Source: an uncultured Acidobacteriaceae bacterium (GTDB lineage Bacteria > Acidobacteriota > Terriglobia > Terriglobales > Acidobacteriaceae). Taken from it: 64,000 nucleotides of DNA. Made by a program: the position numbers and the translations under genes. The stretch spans positions 250,000 to 313,999 of the forward strand of contig CAWITJ010000003.1 of the NCBI GenBank assembly GCA_963838995.1. Direction: 5' to 3'. This document shows, in pieces, positions 9,806 to 18,390 of the stretch; positions within the stretch are counted from its first letter, which is position 1; each line of letters starts with the position of its first letter. The notes beneath the pieces are model-generated. The model was given only the letters and a program-made list of their open reading frames with translations, ran no database searches and was not told where the DNA came from.

Positions 9806-10976
9806 GAGTCAGGACCTCCTGCAAATCGCGAATAATGTGGTAAATGGACGCCTGCACTTCCTGGATGCGCGGGATGTAATCGCAGTTCACCACCATGGTC
9901 AGGTCGGCAATGCCGCGCCGCTTGATTTCTCCGCCGTCATAACCCAGCAGGGCGACGGTCAACATGCCGCGACGGCGCGCTTCTTCGAGCGCCATGATGA
10001 TGTTACGCGAGCCGCCGCTGGTGGAGATTCCAATGGCAATGTCCTCCGGTTGCGCCTGGGCTATTAGCTGCCGCAGGAAGATGGCCTCCGTACCGATATC
10101 GTTGGCGACCGCGGTGATGTTGGCAGGTTCCATCGAAAGCGAAACTGCGGGGACTGGGGCGTAACCTTCAGGCGGCAGGACGCAGTCGATGGCCCAGTCG
10201 TTGGCGTCGGTGGCCGATCCTCCATTGCCAAAGAGAATCAGCTTGCCGCCGCGCTGCACCCGGTCATGGATGGCGTGAGTGGTTTCGGCGATCGCTTCGG
10301 CCTGTTCTTCGGCGACCTGGGCACGCAGTCGGGTGTCGTCCTGAACTTTCATGACAATGGAGGCAGCAACCTGTGCTGTGATATCGCCGGTCTGCTGCTT
10401 GGCATTGCCCAGGAAGGGATAGAGAAATCCCGATTCGCCCACGTCGTGGCCCAGTTCGCGATGCTCGAAAAAGACGTGTACCGTCTCCCACAGTGTGTGA
10501 TAGAGCATCTCGATGATTTCCTGGTGCGCGAAGGGATCGGAGGTGGTGGCTTCGACCGCATACGATCCCTCAGTTCCCGGCAAGGCGAACGTCATCGCGC
10601 CGCGTGCTTTGGCCTCACGTAACGTATCGATGACGTCGGTATCACCCAGAGGAGGGCCAAAGCCCATCACCATGTCGTCGGGACGAAGGATGCTGCGTAG
10701 CCAGGGACGGTAGATCAGCGAGAGATCGAGAGCAGGAAGGGCGCGCTTACCCACAATCACGGGATGAACGAATTCCACGGACACGTGCTGGGCATCGGTG
10801 CAGTAGGGGCCGCGGCCAAAGGCGAGGAGGCGTCCCCCGCGCAGGAAACGCTCCGACATCTCATGGCAGGCTTCGGCTAGACGATGGGCTTCGCGGGCGA
10901 AGAACTCTTCGCACAGGCGATTGCGGGAGAGCAGACGCTCTTCCACCAGGGTTGCGAGTTCAAGGCCGGCCGGCAT
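9792..10976 (-). CDS. tandem SIS-domain protein (GmhA/phosphoheptose-isomerase-like)
   Basis: 394 aa. The second half has the typical SIS motifs (GKLILFGNGGSATDANDWA, GISTSGGSRN), and the first half is a degenerate SIS repeat. Confidence 0.8.
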   Translation of the reverse strand: MPAGLELATLVEERLLSRNRLCEEFFAREAHRLAEACHEMSERFLRGGRLLAFGRGPYCTDAQHVSVEFVHPVIVGKRALPALDLSLIYRPWLRSILRPDDMVMGFGPPLGDTDVIDTLREAKARGAMTFALPGTEGSYAVEATTSDPFAHQEIIEMLYHTLWETVHVFFEHRELGHDVGESGFLYPFLGNAKQQTGDITAQVAASIVMKVQDDTRLRAQVAEEQAEAIAETTHAIHDRVQRGGKLILFGNGGSATDANDWAIDCVLPPEGYAPVPAVSLSMEPANITAVANDIGTEAIFLRQLIAQAQPEDIAIGISTSGGSRNIIMALEEARRRGMLTVALLGYDGGEIKRRGIADLTMVVNCDYIPRIQEVQASIYHIIRDLQEVLTRGQV

Positions 10977-10988
10977 GACAGGGTCCTG

Positions 10989-12056
10989 TCAGCAGATCCT
11001 GGGAAGAGGATCGCCCACAAGCATGTCGACAATTCTACTGCCGCCGTAGCGGGTGGTCACCAGCACCGAACCTGCCGGTTGCTGATGGACCTCGCCGATC
11101 ATCACAGCGCCTTCTCCGCCCGGCGTCTGGCAGAGAGCGTTGAACGCGACGTCTGCGTATTCCGGCGAAACGACTGCAAGGAACTGGCCTTCGTTGGCGA
11201 TATGCAGCGGATCGAGACCCAGCAACTCACAGGCGCCGCGCACGGCATCGTGAACCGGGATCTCCTCTTCGAAGAGATGGATACCGAGCCCGCAATCGCG
11301 AGCAAGCTCATTCAGAGAGGTCGCCACGCCACCGCGGGTAGGATCGCGCATCCAGCGGATACCCGGAGCGGCCTCGCGCGCCATCGCCTCAACTAGGGGG
11401 AAGACGGAGCGGCTATCGGAGCGCAAGTCGGCTTCGAAATCCAATTCTCCGCGAGCCAGCAGAATGGTGATGCCATGGTCGCCAATAGGACCGGAGAGCA
11501 GAATCTTATCGCCAACTTCGACCTTCGTGGCGTCGAGCTGAATTCCGGGCAGATAGGTTCCGACTCCGGCGGTCGAGATGTACATGCGGTCGGCTTTGCC
11601 ATGCTCGACAACTTTGGTGTCGCCGCCTACCACGGAGACGCCAGCTAGTTGCGCTGCTGCACTCATGGAGCGAACCTGCGCTTCCAGCATTTCGGTGGGA
11701 AGCCCGGCTTCGAGGATAAAGCTGACGACGACCGCCTCCGGACGGGCGCCAGAAACCGCCAGATCGTTGACGGTACCGTTGATCGCCAGTTCACCGATTG
11801 AACCGCCGGCGAAGGTTAGCGGCTTCACCACGAAACTGTCGGTGGTCATGGCCAGCCGAACACCGCCAATTTCAAGTGAGGCGGCGTCGTTCAAACTGGG
11901 ATGGGCTGAGCGATAAAGCAGCGGGGCGAACAGACCTTCTACAAGACGACGGCTGGCGATGCCGCCGGCACCGTGAGCCATCTCGATTTGCTTCTCGCGA
12001 AATCGAATCTTGGGAGTCGGACTCTCAGACACCGGGGGAGTTTTTATGCCGGCCAT
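10989..12056 (-). CDS. hypE: hydrogenase maturation carbamoyl dehydratase HypE
   Basis: 355 aa with an AIR-synthase-like fold. Ends in the diagnostic ...GDPLPRIC. Confidence 0.95.
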   Translation of the reverse strand: MAGIKTPPVSESPTPKIRFREKQIEMAHGAGGIASRRLVEGLFAPLLYRSAHPSLNDAASLEIGGVRLAMTTDSFVVKPLTFAGGSIGELAINGTVNDLAVSGARPEAVVVSFILEAGLPTEMLEAQVRSMSAAAQLAGVSVVGGDTKVVEHGKADRMYISTAGVGTYLPGIQLDATKVEVGDKILLSGPIGDHGITILLARGELDFEADLRSDSRSVFPLVEAMAREAAPGIRWMRDPTRGGVATSLNELARDCGLGIHLFEEEIPVHDAVRGACELLGLDPLHIANEGQFLAVVSPEYADVAFNALCQTPGGEGAVMIGEVHQQPAGSVLVTTRYGGSRIVDMLVGDPLPRIC

Positions 12057-13177
12057 GCCAGGTTTCCCGCCATCGCTTTGCGATGTTCGTAATTATAGTA
12101 GGCCGCGCACGATCCTTCGGACGACACCATAAGAGCTCCCACCGGCTGTTCGGGAGTGCATTCCTTGCCGAACAGCTTGCACTGCGCCGGCTTCAGAACG
12201 CCCTTCAACACCTCGCCACACTGGGCCGCCTTGGGATCGGTAACGCGGATGCCGGGGATGTTGAAGCGCTGCTCGGCGTCGAATTCGCCATAGCTGTCGC
12301 GAACCCGCAGGGCCGACTGGGAGATAAAACCCAAGCCGCGCCACTCGAAGTAAGGACGCAACTGAAAGACCTCGTTCATCGCCTTAAGGGCGGCAATATT
12401 GCCCTCCCAGGGAACGACCCGCTTGTACTGGTTCTCGACCTTCGCCTCGTTGGCGTTTAGTTGTTGCAACAGCATCACAATGGATTGCAGAAGATCCAGT
12501 GGCTCGAAGCCGGAGACGACGATTGGCTTGTGCTCGTCGGCGGCAATCCACTCATAAGGACGGCAACCGATGACGGTCGAAACGTGGCCCGGGCCTATGA
12601 ACGCGTCCAGACGCATATCCGGCGAATCAAGAATCGCACGTATGGCCGGGATGATGGTCACGTGGTTACAGAACACGGAGAAGTTGTGAATGCCTTCCGC
12701 CTTGGCGCGCATGATGGTCAGCGCGGTGGAAGGGGCCGTAGTCTCAAAGCCGATGGCGAAAAACATTACGTGCCGGTCGGGATGGGACTTGGCAATTTTA
12801 AGCGCGTCCGACGGTGAGTAGACGATGCGAACGTCCATGCCGCGCGCTTTGTGTTCCAGCGGACTGCCATTCATCCCGGGGACGCGCATCATGTCGCCGA
12901 AAGCGGTGAAAATGACATTGGGATCGTTTGCCAACGCCAAACCGTCGTCGATGCGGCCCATAGGCAGCACGCAGACCGGGCATCCGGGACCGTGGATCAG
13001 TTCGATATTTTCCGGGAGGATGTCTTTTAGACCGAAGCGGTAGATGGCGTGAGTGTGACCACCGCAGACTTCCATCATGCGGTAGTGCCGGCCGGTATCC
13101 GCCAGTCGGCGGATCTCGTCGGCGGTCTTATTAATCACGTCGGGGTCCCGGAACTCGTCTACAAATTTCATCATCAA
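12044..13177 (-). CDS. hypD: hydrogenase maturation protein HypD
   Basis: 377 aa carrying CGGHTHAI, GPGCPVCV and GFETTAP motifs. Confidence 0.95.
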   Translation of the reverse strand: MMMKFVDEFRDPDVINKTADEIRRLADTGRHYRMMEVCGGHTHAIYRFGLKDILPENIELIHGPGCPVCVLPMGRIDDGLALANDPNVIFTAFGDMMRVPGMNGSPLEHKARGMDVRIVYSPSDALKIAKSHPDRHVMFFAIGFETTAPSTALTIMRAKAEGIHNFSVFCNHVTIIPAIRAILDSPDMRLDAFIGPGHVSTVIGCRPYEWIAADEHKPIVVSGFEPLDLLQSIVMLLQQLNANEAKVENQYKRVVPWEGNIAALKAMNEVFQLRPYFEWRGLGFISQSALRVRDSYGEFDAEQRFNIPGIRVTDPKAAQCGEVLKGVLKPAQCKLFGKECTPEQPVGALMVSSEGSCAAYYNYEHRKAMAGNLAWPA

Positions 13178-13228
13178 CCTCGGAACCGTGCAGCTAGCGC
13201 CTCGTCCGGTTCAGGCGAGTTGAATCGA

Positions 13229-13528
13229 TCATGAGGGTTTGGGCTCGTCGGTAGCCTCTTCTTCCAGGCCGTAGCCGCGAACCTCCTGCATAGCCTGCTC
13301 GCTTTCGCCCAGCATGATCAACGTCTGCATCTGCTCCAGCGCATCGTGCTCGCTGATCTTGCTCATGGCAAAGCCCACGTGGATCAGCACCCAGTCGCCG
13401 GAGACCGGCATATCGCTCTCCAGCAAGCCTAGATCAACTTTGCGGCGTACGCCAGCAACTTCCACCGTCGCCAGGTAGGGCATTCCGGGGAATAGCTCAA
13501 TCACCTTGCCGGGGATCGCTAAACACAT
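13229..13528 (-). CDS. hypC: hydrogenase assembly chaperone HypC/HupF family
   Basis: 99 aa with the invariant N-terminus MCLAIPGKV. Confidence 0.9.
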   Translation of the reverse strand: MCLAIPGKVIELFPGMPYLATVEVAGVRRKVDLGLLESDMPVSGDWVLIHVGFAMSKISEHDALEQMQTLIMLGESEQAMQEVRGYGLEEEATDEPKPS

Positions 13529-13581
13529 TGTCTACCTCTTTCGCCTGCTACGGCTGTATCGGATGCTTCCGGGCACAGAAT

Positions 13582-14199
13582 TCAACCCTGTTTTCGGGCC
13601 ACAATGTCGAAGGAAAACTTTACCTCATCCTTCACCTTGAGCCCGCCGCCAACCGCGGAAACCGGCTTGATGCCGTAATCTGTCTGCCGCAGCGAAAATT
13701 CTCCAAAGGCGCGCAGCATATCTCCCGTCACCACAATCCGGGCTGGCACCTTCTGAGAATGGGTCACGCCACGCAGCGTAAGTTCGCCCTGCAATATGAC
13801 GTCGATCTGGCCGTCGGCGTTGTTCTGGACAGCGGCGCTGGACGAGTCATAGATGATCTCGCGATATTTCGAGGTTTGCAGCACGTTATCGCGCATCTCC
13901 GTCTCGATGTCGCGGCGATCTTTGTCACTGACGTTGTCGGTCAGGCTGAGGGAATCGGCTCGCACCACCAAGTGGAGGGATGACTGTTCGACGGCCGCCG
14001 GGTTGAAACGCGCCTCGCCCTTCACGTCGCGGATGGCGATCGTGGGATTGTGGCCAAAGGCCGAAAGCAGACCGCTGGCGAACGCCTTCACAGTAAACCG
14101 GCTCACCATCGGGTTAATAACGTAGAGGTCTCCGCGCGCAGTCGCCTGCGGGGCGTCCGGCGAGCCGGGATTCGGGCTGGTGCTCAAAGTTTCAGGCAA
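13582..14199 (-). CDS. YceI-like domain protein
   Basis: 205 aa. The beta-barrel YceI-like pattern (FTVKAF...GHNPTIAIRDVKGEARF, LTLRGVT) is family-level only. Confidence 0.65.
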   Translation of the reverse strand: MPETLSTSPNPGSPDAPQATARGDLYVINPMVSRFTVKAFASGLLSAFGHNPTIAIRDVKGEARFNPAAVEQSSLHLVVRADSLSLTDNVSDKDRRDIETEMRDNVLQTSKYREIIYDSSSAAVQNNADGQIDVILQGELTLRGVTHSQKVPARIVVTGDMLRAFGEFSLRQTDYGIKPVSAVGGGLKVKDEVKFSFDIVARKQG

Positions 14200-14251
14200 G
14201 CAAAAGCTCCCTCCTCAAGGAAAGCGGTGGACCAGCATTCAAGGTGCGAGC

Positions 14252-14467
14252 TTACATCGCACGCAGGCGCAGATATCGTTCGATGTCAGGAAGCGCACCT
14301 TGTGCCAGGTTTCCCACACCGAGACGGCCGAGATACTTCTGGGCCACGGGATTCGACAGAATCAGTCCCGCGCCGAAAACCATGAGGGCGATGCCACTCA
14401 ACATGAACAACGTGTCGCGATCGCTGTCGTGTCCGTTGGTTTCGCGTGCCAGCGCTGCGGTTGCCAT
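14252..14467 (-). CDS. small membrane protein with C-terminal LPDIERYLRLRAM motif
   Basis: 71 aa with one TM segment (LFMLSGIALMVFGAGLIL). Its C-terminal motif is shared with the 40-aa ORF at 25401..25523. Confidence 0.55.
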   Translation of the reverse strand: MATAALARETNGHDSDRDTLFMLSGIALMVFGAGLILSNPVAQKYLGRLGVGNLAQGALPDIERYLRLRAM

Positions 14468-14479
14468 AGTCGTGTCCTC

Positions 14480-15331
14480 CTAAGACACTGGTTTGTTGTC
14501 CGAGCCTGGCCATTCTCCTGCCAGGATCCGTTTGATCACCGACTCCACCAGGTTCACGGCCTCATCGATGGCTGCCCCAACGGGTTCGCTCAATCCCATG
14601 AGACCTTCTTCGGGGCCTAAGGTCAGAGGCTCACATCCGACCAGCAGAATGCGCTTCAGCGGGCCACCCATCGAGGCTGCCAGTCGCAGGATTTGCACCG
14701 GATCCATGCCATGGGCATCGACGGCGGCGCCTTCGGATTGCGTGGTGTTTAGCGACGCCAAGTCTGGTTCAACCACGTAAAGCGTTCCCGGCGTTTCGCC
14801 GTGGGGATAAGCGTCGATCAGGATGGTGGTTTCGTAGTTGTCCTGAAGCGCGTAAGCCAGGTCGAATCCGCGGATGCCGAAGTCGCCGACCTTCACCTCG
14901 GCCGGCAATTTACGTTCTGCCAGGCGGCGCGCGACCTCCACACCGAAGGCGTCGTCTCCCATGAAAATATTGCCGATACCCGCGACCAGGATGGTCGGCT
15001 TAACGATCACCTGGTGTTGGGCTTGCTGCTCGGGAGGTAGCAGTTCCACTTCTCCAATGTCGAAGAAAAACCGATGGCCCGGTTGACGCATGAGGCCCAG
15101 ATCGCGCCCGGGGTCGTCGTCCAGCACTACGCAGACATGGACCTTGTTCTCGTAATCCTGTTCCAGCGACTCAATGCAGGCAATTTGCCCGGCGAGGGCG
15201 AGGTCGAACACGTCACCGCCCTGCCGGGGCCGCAGGCGAACCCGATCACCAACGCGCACGGGAGTGCCGCCTACCTCCACCTGCGTCAGAGGGGACTTAT
15301 CTTCCAGAAGCTGCCACTCCCACTCGTTCAC
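14480..15331 (-). CDS. [NiFe]-hydrogenase maturation endopeptidase with ~110-aa N-terminal extension
   Basis: Residues ~115-283 match the HupD/HyaD family (ILVAGIGNIFMGDDAFGVEV, DFGIRG, ILIDA). The N-terminal 110 aa have no match I recognise. Confidence 0.85.
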   Translation of the reverse strand: MNEWEWQLLEDKSPLTQVEVGGTPVRVGDRVRLRPRQGGDVFDLALAGQIACIESLEQDYENKVHVCVVLDDDPGRDLGLMRQPGHRFFFDIGEVELLPPEQQAQHQVIVKPTILVAGIGNIFMGDDAFGVEVARRLAERKLPAEVKVGDFGIRGFDLAYALQDNYETTILIDAYPHGETPGTLYVVEPDLASLNTTQSEGAAVDAHGMDPVQILRLAASMGGPLKRILLVGCEPLTLGPEEGLMGLSEPVGAAIDEAVNLVESVIKRILAGEWPGSDNKPVS

Positions 15332-16374
15332 CGCGCCTCCTCCTTCACCGGTTTCAGCCCACGCAGGGCGCCGTGCAGCTTCATAAATTGCTCGGTCGGC
15401 ATGTTCTCCGTCCGCTCCAGCATCTGGCGGGCGCGCTCGTCGGACTCGCGCATCTCGCGCTTTTCCTCGTCGGTCATGGTCATGATGCGCAGCGAAAGAA
15501 TCTCGTCGATCTCCGTTCCGTCGAAGAGATCGCCGGCGCTTTCTGGAGCAATTTGCGGATAGTCGTACAGAATGATGGGGGAAGCCAAAATTGTGTCGCG
15601 CCGGCCTTCTTCACCGACTAGCACAGGATAGACGCCCTGGTTATGACAACCTTCTGCTGCTGCACGGAGCGTGTCAGGCGGGTCGAGCAACGAGATAAAC
15701 TCGCCACTTTCGACTCCAATAACAACGTGGGCGGAAACCAGTGAGCGTGCCAGGGCATGCTCGCGGTTCACGATCGGCGATTCTTCCGTCACGTTCTGGA
15801 CACGGACCACGATCTTGGACACGCCTTCGGAAACGGGATGGGTCGCGACATGCACTGAGCCGTCGATGGAGTACTGGCTTCTCACGATTCGGCCGCGCAA
15901 CACGCCGCTGGCGTCGTGGATCGGCTCTTCCGTGGTGCTGGTCGCCAGTTGGAAAGGACGCTGGATGGGATCGCGGGCGAGAGTCTCAAGATCGGTGGGT
16001 GCAATATCCACCTGGCACTCAACCGCCTCCTGCCAGGAGTGGAAGTTGCGATCGTCGACTGCGAGGTTTCTCACTGGGGAAAACTTGGCGCTAGTCCCGG
16101 ACGAACCGGCTACGACTTCTTCTACCGATCGCTCCACTAACTGAAGAAAGCGAACCTGGGCTTCGATTTTGCTCTGCGGATTTCCCCGGACCAGGCATTC
16201 GGTGAACATGGTCCAAGGTTCCATTCCCTTTTGTGCTTCGCTGAAAGCCTGCGGATAAACCACGCCAAAGTTAAAGCGCTGCTGATTCTTTACCGCCGAG
16301 GGCCGGTAGGGATAGAGCATGTATCCCTCGTAAAGCACAGCTTTGGCAATGCGATCGGCAGCAGCGGTGTTCAT
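15328..16374 (-). CDS. conserved hypothetical protein of hhy-type hydrogenase clusters
   Basis: I chose ATG 16374 because it overlaps the stop of the upstream gene (ATGA); the ORF-track version starts at 16428. The gene's last 4 nt overlap the GTG start (15331) of the downstream protease gene. No domain recognised. Confidence 0.7.
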   Translation of the reverse strand: MNTAAADRIAKAVLYEGYMLYPYRPSAVKNQQRFNFGVVYPQAFSEAQKGMEPWTMFTECLVRGNPQSKIEAQVRFLQLVERSVEEVVAGSSGTSAKFSPVRNLAVDDRNFHSWQEAVECQVDIAPTDLETLARDPIQRPFQLATSTTEEPIHDASGVLRGRIVRSQYSIDGSVHVATHPVSEGVSKIVVRVQNVTEESPIVNREHALARSLVSAHVVIGVESGEFISLLDPPDTLRAAAEGCHNQGVYPVLVGEEGRRDTILASPIILYDYPQIAPESAGDLFDGTEIDEILSLRIMTMTDEEKREMRESDERARQMLERTENMPTEQFMKLHGALRGLKPVKEEAR

Positions 16375-17022
16375 CGCTTCACTTCCTCGGTGGCTCCACT
16401 CAGCAGGCCTTCCATCGCTTTTTCCCACGTCGGAATGCCGCGCTCGACCTTGTACCGATTTAGTTGTTCAAAGACGCCGCGCTCCAGGCATAGCCACGCC
16501 ACACCGGGGTAATAGGTGTCCATCAGGTCTTTCCAAAGTTTCACCGGCAGGCGGAAGTGCACTTCCCTGTCCCACGGGATCGGCATCACCTGCAAGGGTC
16601 CGCCGTTCTGCGGCGTAAAAAACGGTGCCACTGAACTGGACGCACACCGGAACTTCGCCGTCGGCGAGTCCTGCGAAATACTTGGTGGCGGCAACGTTGA
16701 AATCGAAGGTGCATGGCACCGGCAGCTTGGTGTCGGTACTGCCCTGAAAGGCGGGCACGATGACGCTGGTATGCGTCCACAGGAAGGTCCGCAGCGTCTG
16801 GCCCCAACGTTCCGGAGCGCCGAAAAGATCACCAAGGTTTGCCTGCTCGGTCGAACTGTAAGCACGGCGCGGGGCTTCGATTTGCACCTGAGCACGTAGC
16901 ACAACGGTGTGAATCAATTCTTCCGGGTCGTTGTTGCTAATGCGCAGCAGAAATGACAACTGCGGAGCGATGGCGAAAGGTTCCACTTCGGCCTTGTCGA
17001 GCTGGAATTGCAGCTCAGGCAT
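16371..17022 (-). pseudogene. conserved hypothetical (hydrogenase-cluster associated), frameshift in an A6/T6 run at 16617-16622
   Basis: ORF 16468..17022 (...FSGTVFYAAE) and ORF 16371..16904 (...FFTPQNGGPLQVMPIPWDREVHFRLP...) join cleanly if the T6 run is read as T5. Length 652 nt, which is 3n+1. Confidence 0.75.
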
Positions 17023-17674
17023 TGGGCTGTCCTCCCAGCACGGTGGCCGAGTTCCGCAGGTCGCCGAAGAATTGAGCGATCTCCTGCCAAACTTCGGTGC
17101 CGCCGGAGAAACCGCGCCAGTGGCTGCGGATAAGCCCCACCAGCTTGAAGCAATGATCGATGGGCAACAGATAATATTCCGGCTTGCTGTAGCCGCGAGC
17201 GTGCCCGATGCGGTTCACCAGCAAAGCTTCCACGTCGGGCTCCATCTTTTCGAGAATTGGATTGGCGCGCGTGATGTCGTTCCAGGACTCAAGCGATAAC
17301 AGAGACTCGGTCGCTCCCGCCGGGCTGGGATACATAGCCAGCATTTTCGAATCGGGGCTGCTGTGGAAGAAGAAGGCCATGTTGATGGGAATCATGAGAC
17401 CGTCCCATTGGCCATCGGTCATCTGAAAATTCTCCAGCAGCCGCACCAGGCGAGGCACGCGCCTGAAGCGGGCATCGGCGCGACCGCTAAACAGCAGGGA
17501 GCAGGCGTCGCACGAGCAAACCAGCTTGCGTACGGTTGGATCCATGAGGTGGGGATGCACCTTGGCGACTTCGGCCCCGCACAGCTCACATCGTTCTACC
17601 GCGCGAGGCCGTCGCGCGAACTGGCGCAGCACTCCAAAGGCACTGGCGGGGGTTGAAGTTTCGTTAGTCGCCAT
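17015..17674 (-). CDS. conserved hypothetical protein with N-terminal Cys cluster (hydrogenase-cluster associated)
   Basis: 219 aa containing CELCG...CSCDAC. It overlaps both neighbouring genes, which fits an operon arrangement. Confidence 0.75.
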   Translation of the reverse strand: MATNETSTPASAFGVLRQFARRPRAVERCELCGAEVAKVHPHLMDPTVRKLVCSCDACSLLFSGRADARFRRVPRLVRLLENFQMTDGQWDGLMIPINMAFFFHSSPDSKMLAMYPSPAGATESLLSLESWNDITRANPILEKMEPDVEALLVNRIGHARGYSKPEYYLLPIDHCFKLVGLIRSHWRGFSGGTEVWQEIAQFFGDLRNSATVLGGQPNA

Positions 17675-18263
17675 AATGAGCCGCGGGCTGCGAGGCTGGA
17701 ACTTTGTGATTCGAGGTAATCGGCTGAGCGCTGGCTATTTTGTCGAGCGAGACGAAACCGTTTGCCGGTTGTCCCTCTAAGCCCATAACCGACAACGAAA
17801 CGACGTCAGGAGCGGCTTCGTAAATCGCATCTTCAACCGTCGCCTGCAACGCCTTGGTCGTCGAGCCGCAAGTGTGGGCGCCTGGCGTCACCTGAATCCG
17901 AACAGCGCCATCTTCACAAGCGATCAATTGAATCTGCGCTCCATCGCGTCGCAGCTTCGGCTCCAGCCGTTCCACCGCTTTGGCGACTCGAGTTTCCAGC
18001 GTGTCCGGATGCAGGCCGTACAACACCAGGAGGCTGCTCACTACCGAATCGCGACCCAGTTGCTCGATGAACGCCATTCCCGGCTCGCCACCGTTGGCAA
18101 GAATCTCCAGCATACGGTCAAGGCCAGTGCCATGGAGCTCCATGATGAGCTGTACCAGTTGCCGAGTGGAAGCCCGTATGGCGGGATCGGCAATGCCTTC
18201 GATCTCATCCACTAGGGCACCGATTCGTTCTACCCGCTGGCGGATGTCCTTGTCGTCTGCCAT
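17664..18263 (-). CDS. NifU-C-terminal-like protein
   Basis: 199 aa. The resemblance to the NifU-like accessory proteins that follow hhyL in group 1h loci is at domain level only. Confidence 0.65.
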   Translation of the reverse strand: MADDKDIRQRVERIGALVDEIEGIADPAIRASTRQLVQLIMELHGTGLDRMLEILANGGEPGMAFIEQLGRDSVVSSLLVLYGLHPDTLETRVAKAVERLEPKLRRDGAQIQLIACEDGAVRIQVTPGAHTCGSTTKALQATVEDAIYEAAPDVVSLSVMGLEGQPANGFVSLDKIASAQPITSNHKVPASQPAAHYGD

Positions 18264-18390
18264 AAGTACGCCGTTTCCTTAGGCTGGTTCCTTGAATGCA
18301 GAAAGGAGTGAGGTCAGGGTTGCTAAGGTACGAAATTCAACCCGTGGCTTGCAACGCTTTTCTCACTCCCACTGCGGGTTGGGACGTTCT

